Assembly (NCBI RefSeq): GCF_006345805.1
Contig: NW_021836041.1
Location: 1-25,615, forward strand
Reading direction: 5' to 3'
Source of the DNA: Octopus sinensis
Taxonomy: Eukaryota
Length of the DNA: 25,615 nucleotides
Within the stretch, counting starts at the first letter, position 1. Each line of letters starts with the position of its first letter. Below the pieces are notes generated by a model. The model saw nothing but the letters and a program-made list of their open reading frames with translations. It was not told the DNA's origin and searched no databases. Of the stretch, positions 18,221-25,615 are shown one piece after another. The position numbers and the translations under genes are program-made.

Positions 18221-19529
18221 TTCTTATAGACATATATATATGTATGTAATTATAATATATAGACATATACACATATATATATATACTAGCTGAATAGCCC
18301 ATTGTTGCCATGTGATTTTTACAGTAGAATATCATACATAAATCTATGTTTATTCCATGTTAGACCATGCCTTCCCCAACAGATAGGCCTCTTCATCAGA
18401 ACAGATTTGTGCAATTTTTCACAAAAAATCTTCATTGAGGATTTTTTTTACCTTTTTAAATTATTTACACATCTGGTAGATTGTTTCATATGACGCTATT
18501 CATTAAAACTTATTAAAACTTCAAAAGTTCTTACAACTTTAGCCATAGTAATGCTTTGCTTTCAATCATTTAATAAAATTTCCTCCTCCTAATGATTTTG
18601 CTTTCATTTCGTGATAGACATGCAGAAAATGCCAGCTTCCAAATCCTGTTTTCAGATTAGGTAAAATTGATTAAACTTTAAACCCCGGTAACATTTTTCT
18701 GCAATTTTTCTAGAACAAATAAATAACAAAATCAGATTTGACATGGAAAATTATTTCAATATACCAAATCTGAAAATTTCAATGTAATTTTAAAATCTCA
18801 CAAAATGTGACAGCAACAGGGAAAACCCTACAAAAGTAGAGAGAAAAACAAATATAGGACGTGAAACACATACACATACACACATTTACAAATGTATACA
18901 CAGGTAATCATGAGTTTAAAATGGTGTATAGTAGACATGTATGTACGTATGTATATATAAATGCATATATGTGTGTGTGTGTGTGTTTCTTTGTAATGGA
19001 TAGCAGAAAAGCTACTTACTCCTTCTCTCTTTAAAACTACATATTCCTCACACCCACCTTTCTTTTCTTCCCTAGATGTTTTAAAAGTTATGTGCATGTG
19101 TGAATGAGTAGTATACGTATGTGTGTGCACTCGTGTGTGTATGCTGGTATCTATGTATTTACGAAAGACCATATGCAGCATAACGTGTTAATCCATGAAT
19201 GACAGCTGTATTAACATTCCCATCCCACTTCCACTCCATATGTGTCACACAAAGCTGTTCTCCTCTTCCCTGATATCAGCCACACTCACTATGCCACCAC
19301 ATTTCCCTCACACTAACACTCTTTGCACCCTTTTCAATTTATCAAATAATAGCCCAGTCCCAATAGGGGGCCCATTATAGATTTTTATTGAAATTCAATT
19401 AGCCTACACTTGAACTGGATGTTAGTTTAACGTTTATGCAAAGTTTTGTCAAGATTGGTTCACTTGCGTAGGCATCAAGATGGTAACTGACAGATCAACA
19501 GGTAGAAATTGCCATCTATGTATAAGATA

Positions 19530-19670
19530 TATATATTATAGACATATATATATATATTATAGATTTTATATACATTTTCCAGACGTATATATATATATAT
19601 ATAAATACCTAAATGTTAGATAGACCTATATAGATATCTGTGTATGTATATATATATAATATATATATAT

Positions 19671-19702
<32 letters not shown>

Positions 19703-19848
19703 ATGCATATATATATTATAGACTTATATATACATTTTCTAGACATATATATAGATATATATATATATACTACCTAAATGTTAGATAGATTTTATAGATA
19801 TCTATGTATGAGTGTATATTATATATATATATATTACATAGACGTATT

Positions 19849-19899
<51 letters not shown>

Positions 19900-20069
19900 C
19901 TAAAAGTTAGATAGATTTATACAGATATCTATGTATGTGTATATATATATATATTACATAGACGTATTTATAGACATATACACATATATATATATGTATA
20001 TATATATTATAATATATGTATGCATATATATATATGTATATATATTATATATATATATATATAAATGTA

Positions 20070-20113
<44 letters not shown>

Positions 20114-20183
20114 TGTATGTATCTACTATATAAGCAATATATATATATTGTATATATATATATTATATAGGCATATATATATA

Positions 20184-20221
<38 letters not shown>

Positions 20222-20226
20222 TATAG
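19530..20226. repeat. (TA)n array with a three-copy higher-order structure
   Basis: Anchor TACCTAAA(T/A)GTTAGATAG at 19606, 19771 and 19897. Confidence 0.85.
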
Positions 20227-20245
20227 ACAACAAAACACACATGCA

Positions 20246-20454
20246 CAAGGTGGTGCTGAAAAGTTCTTGGCTTTAAGGGCATCACAAAAACACCTGATTA
20301 AAGGCCCAAACTTTTTACAGGTCCTAGGACGACTGAAGGACCGATGCAATAAGTGCGTGAATCTGAGAGGGGAATATGTTGAATAAAATCCTAATTAACA
20401 GACCCTCCTGTATTTTCTCTTACCCAAAGCCAGGACCTCTTCAGCAGCCCTTCA
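20246..20454 (+). mobile_element. Mariner-derived MITE (~210 bp), second family
   Basis: Imperfect TIRs GGTGCTGAAAAGTTCTTGGCTTT / AAAGCCAGGACCTCTTCAGCAGCC; 20330-20386 reads [18 protein letters not shown], a mariner C-terminal motif. Confidence 0.8.
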
Positions 20455-20717
20455 TGTGTTTATGTGTGTGTGTGTGTATGTGTGTGTGTGCAGAGAGAGA
20501 TGGAAGGTTTACATATTTATAAGTACTGTTTTTCTTCAACCTTTCCTATCAAAGACTTTGGGTGAACATATTCACACGTGTTTATGGCAAGAAAATAAAA
20601 TGCGGAAAAGAACAATGAATATGAAAAAAATTTTTGGTCTTTAGTCTCACAGTTTAAATAAATAAACTTTGTTGTATTTCAAAAAATCTTTGGTCTTCAT
20701 TTTCACTTCTATATTCT

Positions 20718-20915
20718 GTGCGGGTGGCACGTAAAAAGCACCCACTACACTCGTGGAGTGGTTGGCGTTAGGAAGGGCATCCAGCCGTAGAAACACTGCC
20801 AGATCAGACTGGGGCCTGATGCAGCCTTCTGGCTTCACAGACCCCAGTTAAACCGTCCAACCCATGCTAGCATGGAAAACGGACGTTAAACGATGATGAT
20901 GATGATGATGATGAT
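20718..20915 (+). mobile_element. Family C retroposon 3' end with (GAT)n tail
   Basis: Near-identical to 21883-22100; ends GGACGTTAAAC(GAT)8. Confidence 0.85.
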
Positions 20916-21034
20916 TCTCAGCTGAAGAATGAGAAAAGACTAACTTGTTGAAGCGTGTACATGTGATGACAATATGGAAGATATTAAGCCAGCCATTCAA
21001 AAACAAACAAAGGCACCACCTTCACTTCGACATT

Positions 21035-21041
21035 TACTCTT

Positions 21042-21087
<46 letters not shown>

Positions 21088-21477
21088 ACTTGTTTCAGTC
21101 ATTTGACTGTGGCCATGCTGGAGCAACGCCTATAGTCGAGCAAATCGACCCCCAGGACTTATTCTTTGTAAGCCTAGTACTTATTCTATCGGACACTTTT
21201 GCCGAACCGCTAAGTTACGGGGACGTAAACACACCAGCATCGGTTATCAAGCGATGTTGGGGGGACAAACACAGACACACAAACATACACACACATATAT
21301 ATATACATATATACGATGGGCTTCTTTCAGTTTCTGTCTACCAAATTCACTCACAAGGCTTTGGTCGGCCCAAGGCTATAGTAGAAGACACTTGCCCAAG
21401 TTGCCACGTAGTGGGACTGAACCTGGAACCATGTGGTTGGTAAGCAAGCTACTTACCACACAGCCACTCCTACGCCT
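21035..21477 (-). mobile_element. SINE family A, full-length; tail expanded into (CT)n
   Basis: Body as in the other copies; about 20 CT units sit between two TTTACT tail motifs. Confidence 0.92.
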
Positions 21478-21611
21478 ATTTATTTATTAGGAATATGATG
21501 TAGAAATCTTTGTCGCTTGAAACTGCAACCATTTCATTGACACACAACATATAAAATTGCTGCATCGCAAAACTTCAATGCATGATCGCAGATCGAAACA
21601 CTAGGCATACA

Positions 21612-21779
21612 AGTATGGGTTTCTTTCAGTTTTCATCTACAAAATTCATTCACAAAGAAGCTTTGATCAGGCCAAAGCTTTAGTCAGAGATGCTTTCCCA
21701 AGGTACCATGTAGTGGGACCGAACCCAGAACTATGTGGTCGCAAAGCAAACTTCTTACTACACAACCATACCTGCACCT
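21612..21779 (-). mobile_element. SINE family A, diverged 5' half
   Basis: TTCTTTCAGTTT-C-TCTAC-AAATTCA..CCCAAGGTACCATGTAGTGGGAC-GAACCCAGAAC. Confidence 0.75.
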
Positions 21780-21882
21780 AGGTTTGTAAACATCTGAACC
21801 TTATACCAGAAGAAAATTTCATCTTTCCAAAGTACTGTACCAAGGACTTTCTATTTCTACTACATATATACATATATACATT

Positions 21883-22100
21883 TGCCAGCCACGTCTGGCA
21901 CCTGTGCCGATGGCATGTAAAAAGCACCCACTACACTCACGGAGTGGTTGGCATTAGGAAGGGCATCCAGCCATAGAAATATTGCCAGATCAGACTGGGC
22001 CTGGTGCAGCCTTCTGGCTTCCCAGACCCCAGTTGAACCATCCAACCCATGCTAGCATGGACAGCGGACGCTAAACGATGATGATGATGATGATGATGAT
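21883..22100 (+). mobile_element. Family C retroposon 3' end with (GAT)n tail
   Basis: GGCATGTAAAAAGCACCCACTACACTC..AGGAAGGGCATCCAGCC..GCTAAAC(GAT)n. Confidence 0.85.
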
Positions 22101-22396
22101 ATACACAAGCACACACATACACATATGTATACATATTATTATTTCTAAATCTCTCAAAGAGAGACATTCAGTAACCGTTCTTTAAAGTAAAGGCTATTTG
22201 CTAACATAATGTGGCTGTCCCAGATGGAATGATTCTTACTGGTGTTTAATCCCAAGAAATGTCATTTCCAGCTGGTTATATGATACAATATCTGTGTCAT
22301 TATATTTCTCTGTTTGAAAATATAAGGACACAGATATTGCGTTGTATAGCCAGCTGGAAACAATGTTTCCCATCCAGAACAGCCACATTTTCTTTA

Positions 22397-22430
<34 letters not shown>

Positions 22431-22651
22431 TAAACAGTAAAAATAATTACAGACATGGACAAGAACATGAAACACCACAGAGACGACACAAGAACCACAG
22501 GACGGGACATTCGAAGCCCTCAGTCATCAGTCAAGAACCAGATCATCTTAGCAATTTCAACGAAACAGCATGCTCATGAAATTAACATGTGGATGGCTCA
22601 GCACTCCACAGACACGTGTATCCTTAATGTAGTTCTCAGCAAGATTCAGTA

Positions 22652-22838
22652 GGACACAGAGTGTGACAAGGCTGGCCCTTTGAAATACAGGTACTACTCA
22701 TTTTTGGCAGCTGAGTGGACTGGAGCAACATGAAATAAAGTGTCTTGCTCAAGGACATAAAGCATCACTGGGAATTGAACTCATGACCTTACGATTGTGA
22801 GTCAAATTCCCTAACCCTAAGCCACTCACCTTCACCTA
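22652..22838 (-). mobile_element. tRNA-derived SINE, fourth family (D)
   Basis: The reverse complement has a B-box GAGTTCAATTCCC followed by GTCCTTGAGCAAGACACTTTATTTCA-GTTGCTCCAGTCCACTCAGCTG, a SINE-like core. Single copy in the window. Confidence 0.7.
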
Positions 22839-22883
22839 TATATATATATATATATATAATATATATACATATTATATATATAC

Positions 22884-22920
<37 letters not shown>

Positions 22921-23022
22921 CCTATATATATATATATATCTATGATATAATATATAATATATATACATCTATATATATAGTATATATATATATATATATC
23001 ATATACATATATTTATATGTAT

Positions 23023-23053
<31 letters not shown>

Positions 23054-23060
23054 ATTATAT
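22838..23060. repeat. (TA)n-rich array
   Basis: Read directly. Confidence 0.9.
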
Positions 23061-23612
23061 TAAATTGACTTATTGAAAATCGGAAATCCCCCTGAAGATT
23101 GTCATTTGAAGACAATGAAACAATTGTAGTGGCGGTTTTTTTTTTACTTTTTATTAAAATTTTATGTATTGATTAAGTCTTTCCTTGTTTGTTTTGCAAA
23201 ATAGTGGTTTTGTCTCTAATTAATATTATAAATATTTACTATAAATTGGATTTAATCCTAAATCTGATTTTTTCCCTGTAAATTTGGATTTATTCCCTAA
23301 TATTTATTATTATATATACATATATATATATATAAATAACTCTCTCATCATGAACAACAAATGAGAGTTCAGTAAAATAAAGTGTTGTGTTCTAAGGACC
23401 CATGTGTGTCTCTTGAGGCCCGCTGGTGCCTTGCAAACCTTTCGGCTAAAGGAACAAACTGAGGACTCAGTTTGCTTGAGTTCTTGTGGAGCATTTACTC
23501 TGTGTTTTCTTGAGTGGACAGCTAGGCCTGCTTTGCCTCGTGCCATAAAACCACAACAACAGGTGAGGTTTCTATTTAGAGAAGCACTGTTTTACCAACA
23601 TGTCTTCATATA

Positions 23613-23845
23613 TATTTCTTTACTACCCACAAGGAGCTAGACATAGAGGGGACAAACAAGGACAGACAAATTGATTAAGTCGATTACATCAACCCCAGTG
23701 CGAAACTGGTACTTTATTTATCGACCCCGAAAGGATGGAAGGCAAAGTCGACCTCGGCGGAATTTGAACTCAGAACATAACGACAGACGAAATACTGCTT
23801 AGCACTTCGCCCAGCGCGCTAACGTGTCTGCCAGCTCGCTGCCTT
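23613..23845 (-). mobile_element. SINE family B, full-length
   Basis: Collinear with 9881-10114 and 12890-13121. Confidence 0.9.
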
Positions 23846-23869
23846 ATTGAGGAAATGACAAGGACTTGG

Positions 23870-24165
23870 GAGTTGTGACAATTTGCTGTACTTGAGCAGA
23901 TGTGTCAAGCTAAGTAATATCATGGTCATTCATGCATACAGGAATGTCCTTTGTAGGTGTCGGTGCCACGTAAGATGGTCTCATGCCGGTGCTGCATAAT
24001 TGATGGCGGCACATAGAAAGCACTCAGCACACTTTGTAAAGTGGTTGGCATTTGGAAGAGCTAAAGAAACCATGCCACAACGGATAATTAGAGTCTGGAC
24101 AGCTTCTGTTAAACTTTCCAACCCATGCCAGCATGGAAAATGAACATTAACAGTAATGGTGACGA
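23870..24165 (+). mobile_element. Degenerate family C retroposon
   Basis: GGCACATAGAAAGCACTCAGCACACT-TGTAAAGTGGTTGGCATT-GGAAG..CCAACCCATGCCAGCATGGAAAA. Confidence 0.65.
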
Positions 24166-24169
24166 CGAT

Positions 24170-24172
24170 TAT

Positions 24173-24220
<48 letters not shown>

Positions 24221-24252
24221 GTATATATATTATGTATGTAATGTATGTATGC

Positions 24253-24292
<40 letters not shown>

Positions 24293-24345
24293 TGTAGTAT
24301 ATATGTATGTATATATATATATTATATATATATATATTATAAATA
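24170..24345. repeat. (TA)n-rich array
   Basis: Read directly. Confidence 0.9.
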
Positions 24346-24696
24346 TACAAAAATAAATATAAAGAAATGGTCACTATTGGCTCATTCTAGCACTAGAAAA
24401 TCCAAAAGGTTTCAACCACAAAAATACATGTTTCAATGAAAGTCAGTACGATTGTTAGCTCACACGAACAGGGCAAATAAAAAATAACAAAAATACAGAT
24501 TATTTTGGGACAATCGTTTCGCTATTAATGAATTAAATGTAATATATATATATGTATGAAGAGAGTTTTTGAAGTGACGTACAGATATTGTATATTGAGA
24601 ATAAATTAGGTACTGAGATTGTTGAATGTTTATATATATTTTTATTTACATTTCCACCGTTCTCTTACGTTGTTTTTGATTTAGCGGTGTATGGTT

Positions 24697-24994
24697 ATGT
24701 TTTTGAAAGAGTGATTTTAAAGTAGGGTTTTAAATACAAATAGGTATGATTTGAAATACAACCTGAAAAAATGTTTAAGGATGGGAAAGTGTTTCTCAAT
24801 TATAAATATGATCTGAATTTTAAAAACAAAACATCATAAATATGTGGAGAAGGAAAATTCAAAGAACGCAGAGTATATTTATGTTTTTTTTTTAAATTCA
24901 GATCATATTTATAATTGAGAAACACTTTTCCAATCTGAAACTTTTTTCAGATTGCATTTAAAATCATACTTTAAAATCACTCTTTCAAGAACAT
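24697..24994. repeat. AT-rich inverted repeat (foldback/MITE-like, ~300 bp)
   Basis: Perfect 35-bp inverted match between 24786-24820 and 24894-24928; outer arms TTGAAAGAGTGATTTTAAAGTA / TACTTTAAAATCACTCTTTCAA. Confidence 0.85.
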
Positions 24995-25394
24995 TGCCAG
25001 AAAAAAAAAGTGACCACATCCATACAAACATTATCTCTCCCTTACATTAATGAATACAAGAGACTTAAAAAATAAAAGACCTTGAAATGTAATTATAATT
25101 TTAATTGGAAAAAATCAAAACCAACATCTGGCCTTCCAATTAAAAAAACCTTGACCTCTTGAATACAAAAAAATCCTTTCCTTTCCCACCCAAAAGGTCA
25201 CCTAAAGAGTTTCTTTTCCCTTCCTCTGCAAACCACCAAAACACTCCTACATTTTTTTTCTATTCTCTATCTTCAATATAGTAAACAGTAAAGAATACTG
25301 TAAACCAGTTTTTTGATAAATCTGATAATGAAAGCAATAAAATGTAATAAAAATGTATACAACCATCCAACAATCTGACTATCTTATTATTCTT

Positions 25395-25437
25395 AATATA
25401 TATATACATACATGTATAAAAAAATATATATATGTAC

Positions 25438-25470
<33 letters not shown>

Positions 25471-25477
25471 ATATACC

Positions 25478-25507
<30 letters not shown>
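25395..25507. repeat. (TA)n-rich array
   Basis: Read directly. Confidence 0.85.
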
Positions 25508-25509
<2 letters not shown>

Positions 25510-25615
25510 ACATAATGGTATGACAACAAAATAATGAAAGAGACCTTGATATTTTGTAAATAGAGGAATTATTTGTAATATAATATGTGACAATTATTTG
25601 GTTGCCATAATAAAA

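Overview
AT-rich, repeat-dense eukaryotic DNA, most likely from an octopus (inferred from the SINE repertoire as I recognise it; not verified). The only supportable protein-coding gene is an extracellular-type alpha-carbonic anhydrase on the + strand. Its last five coding exons are 9303-9448, 10281-10376, 13871-13937, 14359-14519 and 15958-16317, and they join in frame through GT-AG introns to give about 276 aa. All three Zn-binding His, the GLAVLG, GSLTTP and NxRP motifs and a GPI-type hydrophobic C-terminus are present. The 5' exons (signal peptide, QSP motif, His64 loop) were not found in the 9.3 kb upstream. The rest is SINE-like retroposons (at least four families), DNA-transposon MITEs (piggyBac-like, hAT/Charlie-like, mariner-derived), microsatellites and minisatellites; almost every other ORF in the track is a microsatellite or SINE artefact. 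The most notable observations are: two ~93% identical MITEs 20 and 21 nt behind two splice donors of the same gene; an 802-bp palindrome built from two mariner 3' ends; an inverted SINE pair enclosing a pre-miRNA-like hairpin in the last intron; a His at the Gln92 position and a ~40-aa loop insertion in the enzyme; and a SINE dimer under one 15-bp TSD. I found no evidence for a new multi-gene system.
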